Notes: a model not told the origin generated them from the letters alone. A stretch of 64,000 nt of DNA from Monocercomonoides exilis PA203 (GCA_001643675.2 LSRY02000024.1:372001-436000); one strand, 5' to 3'. Shown: positions 50,091 to 64,000, counted from the first letter of the stretch. Made by a program: numbers and translations.

Positions 50091-51766
50091 ACTCCACAAA
50101 GGCTGTGAAAGTTAGAGAGAAAGAGAGAGAAAAGATAAAGAAAAGAAAAAAGAAAGAAAGAAAAAAGAAAAAAGAAAAAAAGGAAAAGAAAAGAAAAAGA
50201 AAAAGAAAGTTGCATAAAAGAATTAAGATAACAATTTGACGTCTTTTCATAATATGCGCTGTGCATTCAAATAAATCTGTTTAATTTGAATAATCTTGAC
50301 CGTTTGAATGAATATTAGTTCATTCGAATAAGCACAATTTATTGAAATAAAAAAAAAATCTATTTAAAATTCAACCAAGATGAACATATAAGCAAATGTC
50401 TTTTTCAAAAATGCTTTAATCATTCATTATTTATTCGATTGCGTTAAATTAATTTTTCAGAATAATGAATAAAACACTTAATCAAAATAATCTTAATGAT
50501 AATAAACTATGGAAACGAAAATTTTAACATCAATAGCATGAATTCATTGATCTTCATCTTTGGACAACTCATTGCTTTCTTTCAAAGCTCAAGCGCTCTA
50601 AATTTTGCAAAAACAAAGTTTTTAAAAATACACCAACTCCTGGTGAAAATTTTTGTTCATTAAAAAAAAATAATAATAAAATAGAATAATGCAATATCTT
50701 TCAAAGAGAAAAATATTTTTAAAAACAACAAACATTAACAATTGAAGAATTTCATCCATAAGGAGATGGAACAATTTGAAACGCTACAGTTTGAATAAGC
50801 CTTCCATTAATGAATAATTGAACATCATAATCTCCAACTGGCCATTCTCTTTGAAGAAATAATTTCAAACATAATTATAAAAGAATTGTAACTTTTCTCA
50901 TAAAAAACCTAGGTAACTCTGCGTGAGTATCTATAACGCTAACCATAAGACTTGGAATGGAACATGTTAATATTTCACGGTTTGGTGGCTAATCAAAATA
51001 AAAAAAATTTGTTCATGTTCGCAGAATTTAGTTAAAAAATTCACACTTCTTGAGTTTTTTGTTGTAATCGTGTTTTATTTGCACAACATTTATATCTGAA
51101 ATAGAAAAAAAATCTAAATAAAAAAAAGTCGTACCGATTCCTCTGGAATCTCTGATTTAAAATTTTTTTATTCTTTAAAAAAACAAATTTTCAATTGGCA
51201 AACCTACATGTCCAAACAACCCGAGCAGATAGACCATACTTCAAAGAAAGAAAAAATGATCAAGTTAACACAATAAGCAAACGAATACTGTGATATGTGA
51301 AAGAACAAATCTACAAAATAAGCGAGTATCTTTGGCGAGGTTAAAACCAGGTAAAAAAAATATGCTTAATGCGTCGAATAATTTTATATCATACCATCAG
51401 TGTAAAATGTTCCATCAACTTCTTCACCCATTCCACCTCTTGCATTTGCTCTTAAAATAATCCATAAATTTTGTTATTTTTAATTTTTTTGTGAATCAAA
51501 AATCAAAACAAATATACCTAAAAAGACTAGATTTTGTTGCAGTAATTGGACGTATGTGATCCACAGGCAACATACGGACATGGCGTGGATAAGGCTTTCC
51601 ACAACCCATTTCTTTCAAACAATAAATGTTAAGGTTTCCACTTTCAATTTTCAGTAATTTTCAAATTGCAAGAGACGAAAAACACTTTTTGTTTTTGATT
51701 CAATTATGTTCAACAATATCTTTGCGAAATTTCAGAAACTTAAATATATATATAGATCAACATTCA

Positions 51767-53049
51767 ATGGGCTGTGGTTCTTCAACTTCTGATCCAATTG
51801 CTGATAAGTACAAATCAATTAAGGAGGTTTATATATTTGAATTGGAATATGCGATTTAATTAGTTATTATTGTTATATCAGGTACAAATGGCTATTCGAA
51901 AAGCAGGCCTTGAAAGCTCAAATATCATATTTGGAATTGACTACACAAAATCTAACCTGTATAACGTAAGTTAAGATATATTTTGTTCAGCTTTCACAAG
52001 TCTTTTGGTGCTTTTATTCAATTAGGGAGAGAGAACATTTCAGAACAGAAGCCTGCACGACATGACTGTTAAAAATCCATATGTCGAAGTGATTGAAATT
52101 CTTGGTGAAACAATGGAAGATTTTGATGGTTTTTTTTTTTATTTTTTCGTTAATTGTTCCATTTTTGCAATTAAAACTAAATTGAAGATGATCATATTAT
52201 TCCAACATATGGATTTGGTGATTCATATACATCGTATGATTTATTCATTACGTTCCCTGTTAAATTCGTTTTGTAATTTTGGTAGGGATAAGGCATGCTT
52301 TCCATTTTTCCCCGATAGACATCCACACGGCTTTCGAGAGGTTCTTGACCGCTATCGCCAGATAACTTCTGGAATTAATCTCGCTGGACCTACAAATTTT
52401 GCACCATTGATTCGCAAAGCGATAGACATTGTTAAAGAAGCTCGCGCCGTATGTTATATTCTTATTTATATGTACAAAAAATTTATTCCAAATATATTTT
52501 CACATTAAAAAAATGGTAATGTCTGCATTTCATAAAGTATCACATTTTGATAATTGTTACAGATGGTGAGGTGACCTCTGAGCAAGATACGATAGGAGCA
52601 ATTGTTCAAGCTTCTTCGTATCCAATCTCCATCATCTGCATTGGTGTTGGAGACGGTCCATGGGATACAATGAAAAAATTTGATGATAAAATTCCTCAGA
52701 GAAAATTTGATAACGTGTGGCAATTTCTATTTACATATTCCGAAAGATAATAATTCGATGCATTTAACGTGCTGATTATAATTATTATTTTTATTTTTTA
52801 TGTGAAAATTTATTCAAATTTCAGTTTCAATTTGTGGAGTTCAACAAGCTTAGAAAGAAATATAGCGAAAATTTTGCTCCTAATTTCGCAATGAATTGCC
52901 TTATGGAAGTTCCTCAACAGTTTGATTGCTTTATATATTTCTTATGGCATTAAACTTAATTTTTTATGATTATATTTCAAACATGAACAACATATTGAAT
53001 TTTTATTGTTAGATATAAGCTCATAAAGAAATTGGGTCTATTGGGTTAA
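51767..53049 (+). CDS. Copine/RGLG-type VWA-domain protein, N-acylation motif, 8 exons
   Basis: MGCGSS start; [87 protein letters not shown] introns 51827-51881, 51966-52025, 52129-52187, 52234-52285, 52449-52537, 52715-52824 and 52920-53012 give an open frame to TAA. Confidence 0.93.
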
Positions 53050-53895
53050 ATGCTTCACTGTCTATTTGTTTTATTTTATTTTATATTTTTTAATTGTTTT
53101 CATATTGAAAAAGTTTTGAGAGTACGAAGTTTATTTGTTTTCTTCATTTTTTTAAAAATTTTTCTATCAGATTTTTTCCTTGTTTTTTAAACCCACAATT
53201 ATAACGTTATTGCAAAATGAGTTTTTGATTTTTTTTCCTTTCATATCAACAGTTTTTTATATAATTCTTTCTTTCTTTCTTTCTTTTTAAATGATCAATT
53301 GGTATTGCGTTTTTTGTTTTTCTTGATTTCATTCACAAAACTGTTTCAAAATGTAATGTTTTAATTCTTAAAGAAAAGAATATATTGAAGTTTATTCAAG
53401 CCTTCTTTTGTAATTTTTGCACGTTTGTTAAATTTGTCACATTTATAACTCATTCTTTAAAACATCCAAAATTTTTTTGAAAGAAATTATCAGAAGTGTC
53501 CGTAGCGTGCAGCTTTCAATTGAATAAATAGACATCTCTATGATTTGTATTTCACACGTTCAAACAAGTTAATAAAATTTCAAACTTCAAAGAAATTTTA
53601 AATCTGAAAATTCTGAATCCAGAAATAACTGATTAATTCCAAAATTCATAAAAATTTTTGTTTTCAACATAATCAATAAAAACAAATATTAAGAAAATAC
53701 AATATGAATAGAGTTGAATCATTAAGTTTTTAGAAAATTTTCAATAAATTAATTAACAATAGTTTTTCATTTGATTGTTTAAATATATTATGTTCATGAT
53801 CAAGTTTTTTCTTCATAATTTTAGAATTCTAACATAAAGACGGAATTTTTTAATAAAGATAGAAATAAGAGAGCCGAATACTTTTTAGTGGATAG

Positions 53896-54973
53896 ATGAA
53901 ATTCATTGAGAAGATTTCTGTTTGAATATCACGAAATTTGTTGATTTGAATAAATTTATCTTTTAATTTTATGTTTGAAAGATCGGAAATAAATATGCAG
54001 CTGCGTTTAGAATAGCCGATCAAAAGGTTAAAGGAGAAAAGAAGAAGCCTTCAATTAAGAGTTTGACAACTCTTCAAAATAACACAATTTCATGTATTTG
54101 TTTATTTAGAATTAATGATGAGTTCGATACCACAAATGGGAGTAGGGATAGGAACTTCGTGCTACTTTGCTCTTCTGGTATGTGTTATTCAAACTTTGAA
54201 TTTGATTGGCGAATATTAAATGTTCATTTGGGTTATTTTTGAAGAAATACATGGCATTAATTTTTTTATTTTTATCCTTATTTTCGCTTGCGACAAGCGT
54301 TTTGTACATGTTCCAATATCCCCACGCAATAACTTTCATGAATTTTCCAATTGTTTTTTCACCGGGAAATGTACTTCGAGCGTTTTATGAGAACGAATTG
54401 AATTTTACTCTCTGGCTGTTTGCTCTTTTGAAACTAATTTAATATATTTCCAAGAATCTTGTCATTATATATTTAAGCTGTACACTCATTCCGGAAATTA
54501 TTTTCATTGTTGCTTTCTTTTTCCTTCTCTTTTCATTAAGAAAGCTTATCGAGAAAGTAAAAGTCGAGGCAGATAATGGTTTTTTATCTGTCGGAGATTA
54601 TTCAATTCTTGTCGAAGGAATTCCATCATCTGTAAAGAGCGCAGAAACGGTATCTTATAATCTTCTTTGTGCTTTATAAACTTTATTCTTTATGCATCAA
54701 AAACAACATTATAAATGAAAAAAATGCACTTTTCCTCATTCTGTTTTATTTTATCGTTTTATTTTATTTTATTTTATTTTATTTTTGATTATTTTCTGAT
54801 AAATGTTGTCATTTAAATTCGAAAAAAATAACAAAAAATAAAAAAAAAAAAAATAGGTGGCAAAGCACTTCAGCCAGTGGGGGCAAGTTCATTCTGTTCT
54901 TCTTCTGTACGATGTCAGAAATTTTGGGCCCAACCAGGAAAAGATAGATGATGCTGTTATTCGAGTTTGGAAA

Positions 54974-55006
<33 letters not shown>

Positions 55007-55431
55007 GTGGAAATAGCTTCCTCCTCCTCAAAATCTTTCTCTTTTGCTTGATTAATTTCTATTTCATGCTATTTTTTATTTTTTATTTTGTTTTATTTTA
55101 TTTATTTAATTTTTAAAAACAATTTATTGCAAATTAATATTTTCAATATATTGAACATTTAAGTATCACTGCTCTCTTCACTCCGAAGACGTGTCTGATT
55201 CAACAATCAAGAAATATGCACGATATTGGCTATCTCCAAAGGAAAGACTGGTTTGCGCAATTTATTTTATTTTATTTTATTTGTTTTATTTTTATTTTTT
55301 TTTTTTTTTTTTTTTACAATGAAAATCGGTTATTAAAAATTAAATTCTTTAATATTCTTCTTACCCCTCCTCCTTTTTTCTCTCTCTCTCTCTTTCTCTC
55401 TTTCTCTCTCTCTCTCTATTTTTTTTTTTTT

Positions 55432-55479
<48 letters not shown>

Positions 55480-58400
55480 TCTCTCTCTCTTCTCTCTCTC
55501 TTCTCTCCCTCTTCTCTCTCTCTTCTCTCCCTCTTCTCTCCCTCTTCTCTCCCTCTTCTTTCTTCTTCTTTCTTCTTCTTTCTTCTTCTTTCTTCTTCAT
55601 TTCCTCAGATTGACTTGAATTCAGCAAATGAGAGTAAAGATACTTCTTTAGGGAGATTTCTCAGATCTCTTGGCTTAAATAGAGACACAGGTATATATTT
55701 CTTTTCTTTCTTTTTTCTTTTTCTTCTTCTTCTTCTTCTTCTTCTTCTTCTTCTTCTTCTTCTTCTTCTTCTTCTTCTTCTTCTTCTTCTTCTTCTTCTT
55801 CTTCTTCTTCTTCTTCTTCTTCTTCTTCTTCTTCTTCTTCTTCTTCTTCTTCTTCTTCTTCTTCTTCTTCTTCTTCTTCTTCTTCTTCTTTTCTATTCTT
55901 TTTTTTCTTTTCTTTTCTTTTTAATGTAAAAAAAATATTTTATTAATTCTTTTTCTCCTTCCTCTCTTAAATTTTATCCATATCATTTATTTGTTTTTCT
56001 TTCTTTCTTTCTTTTCTCTCTTCCCATTTCCTCTCTTCACCTTCTCACCCCTCCTCTCCTCTCCTCCTTCTCTCCATCTTTTCATGTTTCCTCTCCTCTT
56101 CTCCTCTTCTCTTCTACTCTTCTACTCTTCCTCCTCTTCCTCCTCCTCTCCTCTTCCTCTCCTCCTCATTTCTTCTTTTTCTTCCTCTTCCTCTTCCTCT
56201 CCTCCTTTTCTTTCTTTCTCTCTCTTCTTCTCTCTCTTTCCAGTCTACTACCTCAACCGCATCCGCTCTCTCTGCACAGACCGTCTCTCCTATTCTGACC
56301 CAATTAAAGACAATTCCACAGGCGTGGCGTGTGTCACCTTCGACAAGGCTGAGTGCGGATGGAGATGTGCTGAAGAATACTGCAGCAAGCTCGGAATAAA
56401 TGCACTGGGTTTTTCTGTCTCTCTGCCGAAAAACATGTGTGAAGGAGGGGGAGGAGGGTGAGGGTGAGGGTGAAGGTGAAGGTGAAGGTGAGGGCGAGGG
56501 TGAGGGTGAGGGTGATTGGGAGGAGGGGAGAGGGTGATGGGAAGGGGGAGGAAGAGGAAGAGGAAGAGGAAGAAGAAGGGGGTGGAATTGTGAAATGGAA
56601 GGGGAAAAATTAATTAACTTATATTTTTGAAATTTATCGTTATATTCAATTTGTTTTTTTTTTTTTTTTTTTTTTTTCTTTATTCATTCTTCCTTTTTAT
56701 GAAATTCTTTTAATCTTATCAACAACAATATCATCATAATCATCTTCTTCTTCTTCTCCCTCTTCTCTATCTTCTCTATCTTCTTCTTCCACAGGCGTAT
56801 AAACAATGGCATAGTCAGTGTTCGCAATGGAATTGAGCCATCTGACTTGATCTATTCAAATGTCGGCTACTCTTCTGTCAACCGCTTCTTCCGAAGACTC
56901 ATCACTGACTGCTTTTCTGTTGTATGTTCTTTTGTTGTTTCTCTTTTTCTCTGTCTTTCTTTCTCTTTCTCTTTCTCTTTCTCTCTTATTTTTTTTTAAC
57001 GATTTTGAATCATGTCTTCTTCAATTCCAAACATTCCATTTGCTTTTCTATATTTAAATTTATAAATATTTATTTAATTTCTTCTTTCCACTTTCCACTT
57101 TCCACTTTCTTTCTTTCTTTCTTTCTTTCCAATCTCTCCATCCAATCATCATCCAACCAGGTGCTTGTCTTCGTCGGCGTCTGCCTCAAAATCTTTCTCG
57201 GCACATACAAAACCAAAGCCACCGAAGTCATCATCTCCTTCGCCATCTCCTTCGTAAACTCCTTCCTCTCCTTCGTCATCAACTTCATCATCCGCAAGCT
57301 CACCCCTCTCACAAAGCCCGAAACTGTTACCCAGTCCATTTCTTCTTCTCTCTTCCGCATTTGGTTCTCCAACCTCCTCCTCTCCGTCGTCGTCAGCTTC
57401 GTCCTCTCTTTGTTCATTGGCGGGACTCATTTCTTCAACACTGAAGCACAAATCGGGCAAACGGGATATTTCATGTCCTTTGCCTGGTTCGACGACGTTG
57501 CAGTGGACTTGCTCATCATCATCCTCACTGACATTGCCCTCCGCTTGATATTTGACATCACCCAGTTCTTCACTCGATTGAAACGCTTTCCTTACTTTCT
57601 TTTTGTCAGCCAGTGCCCCCAGGACCAGCTCAACCAGTCGTTTGAGCCGCCGCACTGGGCATTCGATGTGAAGATGGGGCATCTGGTGAAAGTTGTCCTC
57701 TCAACAGCGTTTGTCTCTGCTTTCCTGCCAATCATCGTGCCCATCGTAGCGTTCTACTTTGCTGCTCAGTATTGGGTGGATAAGTTCAATCTAATCACGT
57801 TTTTTAAGGTTCCCTTGCAATATTCATTCACGGTTATCACAGACGTCATCTGGTATTTAGAAGTCGGCTTCCACATCCATTTCGTGATTGGCTTAATTTG
57901 CGAGTTATGCATGATCATCCAAAACAGCATATATGTAACTTATCCCTTGTGCTTTGCAAGACCTGGGGTGAAGTTGCTTGTCTATTTGAGCGTCGCCCTC
58001 AGCAGGTTCGGCGTCTGGCTTGTGAAAAGCATCAAGTCGAAGTTCATTCACAAAGTGGAGGCGAAAATTGATGACTATGACGAGACAAAGGGGGCATCGT
58101 TCAGCACTTATGAGGATGAAGTGCATACGTATCTGGATCTGCATCCACTGTATCATCCATGTGTGGGGAATGGAGATAGCGGGAATGATGTTAATGGAGT
58201 TAATGGTGTTAATGGCGTTATTGGATCTTCTTCTTCTTCTTCTTCTTCTTCTTCTTCTTCTTCTTCTTCTTCTTCTTCTGTTTCTTCTTTTACTGCTACT
58301 AATGCTACTAATTCCACAACTGTTTTAGCTTCTTCTTCATATCCCTCCTCTTCCTCTTCTTCCTCCTCCTCTTCTTCTTCTTCTCCTCCTCCTCCTCCTC

Positions 58401-60739
58401 CTATTCCATCTGCATCTTTGCCTTCAATCAATCAGATTCGGCACATCTCACTGCCTTCTTCAAACATCTTCTCTGCTTATCCTTCTGTCAACCCATCCCC
58501 TTCTTCTTCTCCTTGTCCTTCTCCAGTTCCTTTTCCTTCTTCTTCTTCTTCTTCTTCTTCTTCTTCTTCTTCTTCCGCCACAACCTCATCATCATCAACA
58601 ACAACAACATTTTATCCTGCTTCTTCCTCTTCTTCCTCTTCTTCCCCTTCCACTCTCCCTCCTTCTTCCTCTTCTTCTCCTCTTCCTTCTTCTCCTCCTC
58701 CTCCCCTCTCCATCTCCTTCGACCCAAACACCCCAAACTCCCTCCTCAGCACCTCTCCATTGCCCTCTTGTGAGTATTTCTCCTTCTTCTCTTCAGAACC
58801 CACGAAACCTCGCCCTCTGCGGAAGAAGAAGGCGCATATACCAGCAGTAAAGAACCAAAGATGGGCAACAATTGTCTCAGATAGGATATTAAAAGAGCAG
58901 AAGAAGATGAACTTGAAGAAAAGAGTGACGATTCTGAAGACAGCGGCGAAGATGGTGAAGAGTTCGAATAATTCTTCTTCTTCTTCTTCCTCCTCTTCCT
59001 CTCTTCAGCAGTACCAAAATGAACAAGAAGAGATGAATGAGTACGAAAATGAAAATGATGAAGCAGGCAAAAGGAAAGGGAAGAAAGAAAAGAAGAAAGA
59101 AGAAGCAGATTCGCCTTATGATGTGTTTGGCTACACGATGGAAGACTATCTGGATGAAGAGATCGAAGAAGCAGAAGGAGAAGAAGGAGAAGAAGGAAAT
59201 GATAATAACAATGACGATGATGATGATGAAGGCAGTGAAGAAAGCAAGTCGAAGGCGAAAGCGAATATGTTGTTTAAGAAGCACTGGGGAGGGCTGCTGC
59301 AGCAGGTTTCGTCGCTGATGGCGTTGAAGAAGGATTCTTCGTTTGATCTGCAGAATGCGAATGGAAATGAATTGAACGGAGCAAATGAGCAGAAGATTGG
59401 AGTTGGAGGCAATCAAACTAATTCTGCTTCTTCTTCTGTTTCTTCTTCTTCTTCTTCTTCTTCCAATGTTAATGGCGTCGTAATCGTCGGAGAAGAAGAG
59501 CTTGAAGCACAACTCGAACAAGAAAGGCAGAAAAGCTATGGCCATCTCAATTCTTGCATTTCTTCTGTTTCTGAGGGAAGAAACGAAAATTTGCTTCTTT
59601 CTGTAACAAACGCTAAGTGCATACCTTATCCTTCTTCTTTCTCTCGTAATATTTCTCCGATTCCTCCTCCTTCTTCTTCTGTTGCTGCTCATTCAGTTTC
59701 TCCGGTTCCTCCTTCTTTCCCTTCTTCAGTTCCTTCTATTCCTTATGTTCCTTCTTCTTCCTCTTCTTCTTCCTCTTCTTCTTCCTCTTCTTCTTCCTCT
59801 TCTCTTTCTCCCTCTAAACAAACACATTCATTACAACTTCCTTATCCCTCTCATTCTTCTCCTTCTTCTCATCCATCTAATCCATCTAATCTCTCTAATC
59901 TCTCTAATCCTTCTCAATTTCCCTCAAATCTTACGCAACCGCGTCCGATTGCTTATCCTTCTTATCCTTCTTCTTCTAATCCTTCTTCTTCTTATCCTTC
60001 TTCTTCTTCTTCTCTTTCCTCTCAATCAAACCAATCAAGCCAATCAAACCAATCTAATCCATCCAATCAATCTAAACAGTCCATTCAATCTCTTCTATCA
60101 AAACTGTCTAGTCAGTCAAAACAATCTAATCAATTGAATTACCCTTCCTCTCAAGCTAATCTTTCAAATCTATCTAATCAACCAAATAAACCTGGTTTTT
60201 CTTATCCTTCTTCTTCTTTTTCTCCCTCTTCTTCTTCTTCTTCTTCTCTTCCCAATCCTTGTTCTTATGCCCAGCCTCTGATATACCCTCAATCATACAC
60301 GCAAAAGAAGACGTCTTCAACTTCTCCTCAAATGCTCGATTTTAAAAATATTCTGACTCAACTTCAGAGAAAAGGTGTTTCTTCTTCTTCTTCTTCTCCT
60401 TCGCCTTCTCCTTCTCCTCCTTTTCTCTCCCCTTCTTCTTCTACTTCTTCGTTTCTTCCTTATCCTGCTTCTTCTTCTGCTTCATCTTCTTCATCATCGA
60501 TTCCTACAATTCCATATCCTTCATCATCATCTTCTTCTTCATTTCTTCCTTATCATTCTTCTTCTTCTTCCGTTCTCCCTTATCCATCATCGTCTTCTTC
60601 TTCTTCTTCTTCTTCCGTTTCAAGTTTTTCTGCTCTTCCTTATCCTTCTTCTTCCTCTTCCTCTTCCACTTCCACTTCTCCTTCTTCCACTCCTTTTTAT
60701 TCTCTTCCTTATCATCCTTCTACCAATCACCATCGTTGA
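53896..60739 (+). CDS. OSCA/TMEM63 (CSC1)-like multi-pass cation channel with long Ser/Pro-rich C-tail, multi-exon
   Basis: GVGIGTSCYFALL-KYMALIFL, DYSILVEGIP, TGVACVTF, IEPSDLIYSNV, FEPPHWAF..., PIIVPIVAFYFAAQYWVDKFNL. The last exon starts at 57161. The start codon is tentative. Confidence 0.82.
55722..55890. repeat. (CTT)n microsatellite, intronic
   Basis: About 55 perfect CTT units. Confidence 0.95.
56456..56516 (+). repeat. (GGGTGA/AGGTGA)n G-rich hexamer repeat, intronic
   Basis: About 10 units just downstream of a probable 5' splice site. Confidence 0.85.
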
Positions 60740-61326
60740 ACAGCGAAAAATGAGAGGGAAAAAAAAAAGAAAGAAAAAGTTAAAGCTTTTTGAAGATTTT
60801 GATAAAAATCATCATATTCTTCAAAATCATAATATTCATTATCATCATCATCATATATAAGCAATTAACTTATTTGCCTGTTTTGTTTGTTGAATGTTAT
60901 TAATTTGATTTCTTTTTTTTATTTTATATTTATTTATCAACAAAATTATTAATTTGTTTGACTCACACTTTGTTCATTGTTTGTGAGTTGACTCAAGAAA
61001 ACTTTGTTCATATTTCGCATTTAGCGTATATGAGTCCAATATTTTTGTGAATCTCAATTTTTTCTTTTCTTTTCTTTTTTTATTTTCAATTATTTCTTTT
61101 AATTTTCTTTTTTCTTTTTTCTTTTTTCTTTTTTCTTTTTTCTTTTTAATATTTTTATTTTCTATCCAAAAAAATAATATCATTGTTTTTTAAAAACAAT
61201 AATTTTCACTATCACTTTTTCAGTTTGTGTAGATATTTATTTGTTTCCTTCGTGTGACCATACATTTTGTTAAATGTGTATTTCGTTCTCTTCTGTCATA
61301 TTCATTATTCTATATAACATTCCTGC

Positions 61327-61437
<111 letters not shown>

Positions 61438-62367
61438 ACAAAAAATTTTGTGGTATTTTTAATTTTTTTAATTTTTAATTTTTTATTTTTAGTTTTTTTC
61501 ATAGAAAGAAACAACTTATTGGATTTTTTAGAAATATGTCTCTTTTTCTTTCTCTTTCTTTTTTACTCTATCTCTCTCCATCTATCCATTTTTCTTTATT
61601 TAGCTGTTGCTAGAAAATGTGAAGTTCCATTCCAAGGAATTTTACATGTGCATTATCACTTGGATTTTTTTATGGCCTCAATCGTTTGATAAAAAAATGC
61701 ATATGTAATCGTTTTCTTTTCTATTCTATATTTTTTTTTTAAGTTTTTCTTTCTTTCTTTCTTTAAGAAAAAAAGTTTGTTTTGAACTTTCTCCTATGAT
61801 TGAGTAATTAAGCTGGAGATTCATTTTCCCTTTTTGTTGTCAATTGTAAAATTTTCCCAATGAAATAAAATTGATTTTAATTTTAAGTGTTTATCACTTC
61901 ATTTTGTTGTTTGAATCAACCTTCTTTTTTTTTCTGACATATTCATTTCAAAAGATGGTAGTTCTTTTTTAATTTTTATTTTTTTGTTGTTTATATTTTT
62001 TTTTTTAAGTTTTTTTCTCAAAGTCAATTGAGCTTAATTGACAACATTGTTCTTCAAAAAAATAAATACACTTTGCGAAGATATCCAAAATATTCAATTT
62101 TTTTTAAAAAAAATAATTTAGATTCACTCAGTGAAATGTTACAAAATATCGTTTGAGAAAATTGAAATCTGTTCATTTTTTAATCAACTGTTCGAAAGAG
62201 AATTAAATACCACGCAAACTCCAACATAATAAAATAAAGAGTGACTCATTTCAAATTAAGCAATTTTAAAAGAGAGAAAAAGAAAATGTCCAAAATGAAT
62301 CGAAATCAGAAGACGCAAACAAATACAAAAAGAATTCCTTTTAAAAAAATGATAATTTTGAAATTTT

Positions 62368-64000
62368 TTAAGAAGAACTCTTCGCTTTTTCATCGTCTCC
62401 ATACAGCTCGCTCTTCAGCTGCTTCAAAATAGCTTCCATTTCTTCTGTCACTCTCAGCATATATTGTTGCTGCTCATTAGAAGAAGAGGATGAGGAAGAA
62501 GAGGAGGAGGAAGAGGAAGAGGAAGATGAAGAGGAGGAATTCGATTTTAACTGAAGAATTGCATCAATATCTTCAACTGGAATGGCATTTTTGATTCGCT
62601 CTTTGGTTTCTGCTGTTCCTTTGTGGTGCATCAGACACAGAAGATGCAGAAGATGGTAGATTCGAGTGAAGTTGTACTGAGTGCGAGTCCTAATTTAACG
62701 ATAATTATATATATATAAGTAAAAAGAAAAATAAAAATAAAAATAAAAAATAAATAAATTAAATAAAACAAATAAAACAAATAAAATAAATAAAAGAATG
62801 ATATAAAAATCAAATATTATGAAAATAAATTGTTCAGATAAGAATAATAAATGCATTACAAATTCAATAGGGAAAAAATTAAATGATAAAAAAGAAAAAG
62901 TCAAATGAAAATTTGTATTTCAAAGCATACTTTAACAGAAGCTTAGCATTATCCAAGAAATCTTCTCCTAATATCATTTTATGGTTGTCTAATTTTTATT
63001 TTTAAAAAAAAAAAGAAAATTATGAAAAATAAAAGCAAGCAATGGCAGTCATTCAAATGTGAAAAATCAAATGCATCACAACGAAATATTATCACAAACA
63101 TAAATTAATAGTTTTAAGAAAATCACAATTTTAATTAAGTAACAATAGCAAACCTTTCACCGACACCAGCGTCATCAAGCCAACAGCCGCCATCGCATTC
63201 GGCATGAATCCCATCGCAGGTGTTTCGCCTTTGATGAATGACGTCAGCACATTTATTGGCTCCTTCATCTCCTCTTTGCACACACACCCCACATTCAGGA
63301 ACGCCATTCCAGCAGCTGAGTATTCCTTTGCCCAGTCAAGCGAGGTCTTCTTGAAGAACGCCAAAAGCTCTTCTTCAACATGGTTCTCCACAAGCACATC
63401 TTTGCACATGAGATCAGATGCTGTCTTGTTGGCATCTTCGCCTGTTGCTTCGCTTTTGGCTTCTTTCTCTTTCCCTTTCTCTTCCTCCTCCTCCTCATCT
63501 TCGTCTTCGTCCTTCTCCTTCACACACATCATACAGAGTGTGCTTATACCCACAGCCGCACACGCAGCCACTGTCAAATTATCAGCCTGTTTCAACAGCT
63601 TCACAAAAAGCGGAATCGCTTCTGCCACAAACTGCTGGAATTCCCGCGCTCTTTGCTCCTGGATGACCTGCAGCAAGCGGAACACCATCTGCGAAGAAGG
63701 AGAAAAAGTGGATGAAAGAGGCTGAGAAGACGCAGGAGATGGTGAGGAAACAGATGATGAGCCAAGTCCGACCATCTTCTGTGCGCTTTTTGTAGTTTCT
63801 TCTGATGCTGGAGAAACAAGAAGATCGTAAATTTCTTTCTCAGCATCTGCAGACTCCTTTAATCTTTTAATGATTGCATCTTCCTCCATTTTCTCTTCTT
63901 CGCCTCCTTTGCAGTCATGGCATTTGCCCCCGGAGCATCCACCACATTTCCCACCTCCATGGCAGTGGCATTGATGGCAGCAACCCTTCTCTTGTTGAAA
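62368..64000 (-). CDS. Uncharacterised multi-exon protein (ARM-like helical region), 5' end probably outside the window
   Basis: GC-richer exons at ~63153..64000 and 62368..~62690 separated by AT-rich intron-like DNA. AIPLFVKLL...ACAAVGI resembles armadillo helices. Confidence 0.65.

Noticed and set aside
55216-56461. ORFs rich in poly-L/F/S/K (also 20599, 30537, 42904-43189, 49617-50266, 60375, 61254)
   Set aside because: Translations of microsatellites, homopolymers, introns or antisense frames, not independent genes.

Overview
AT-rich eukaryotic (protist) genomic DNA with short GT-AG spliceosomal introns and the standard genetic code. The gene families resemble those of the oxymonad Monocercomonoides; this is an inference, not a database result. 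Positions ~1-43 kb are a transposon graveyard. It contains an intact intron-containing pogo/Fot-like DD35D transposase, four decayed Merlin (ISXO2/IS1595-like) transposases and a truncated DIRS-type tyrosine-recombinase retrotransposon (gag, RT, RNase H, adenine-MTase-like, YR). It also contains a 3.6-kb TIR element with a Harbinger/ISL2EU-type transposase but an 8-bp TSD, at least 11 MITEs and two nested inverted repeats. The most notable signal is two diverged, tail-to-tail Sola(2)-like transposase pseudogenes, each preceded on the same strand by a ubiquitin-specific protease (USP/peptidase C19) domain. A second is a 2.9-kb element with 220-bp TIRs that carries a decayed copy of an expanded host gene family. 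Positions ~43-64 kb hold ordinary host genes: an expanded-family helical protein, a GGA-repeat beta-helix-like protein, an 8-exon RGLG-type copine, an OSCA/TMEM63-like channel with a very long Ser/Pro tail, and a partial unknown gene.
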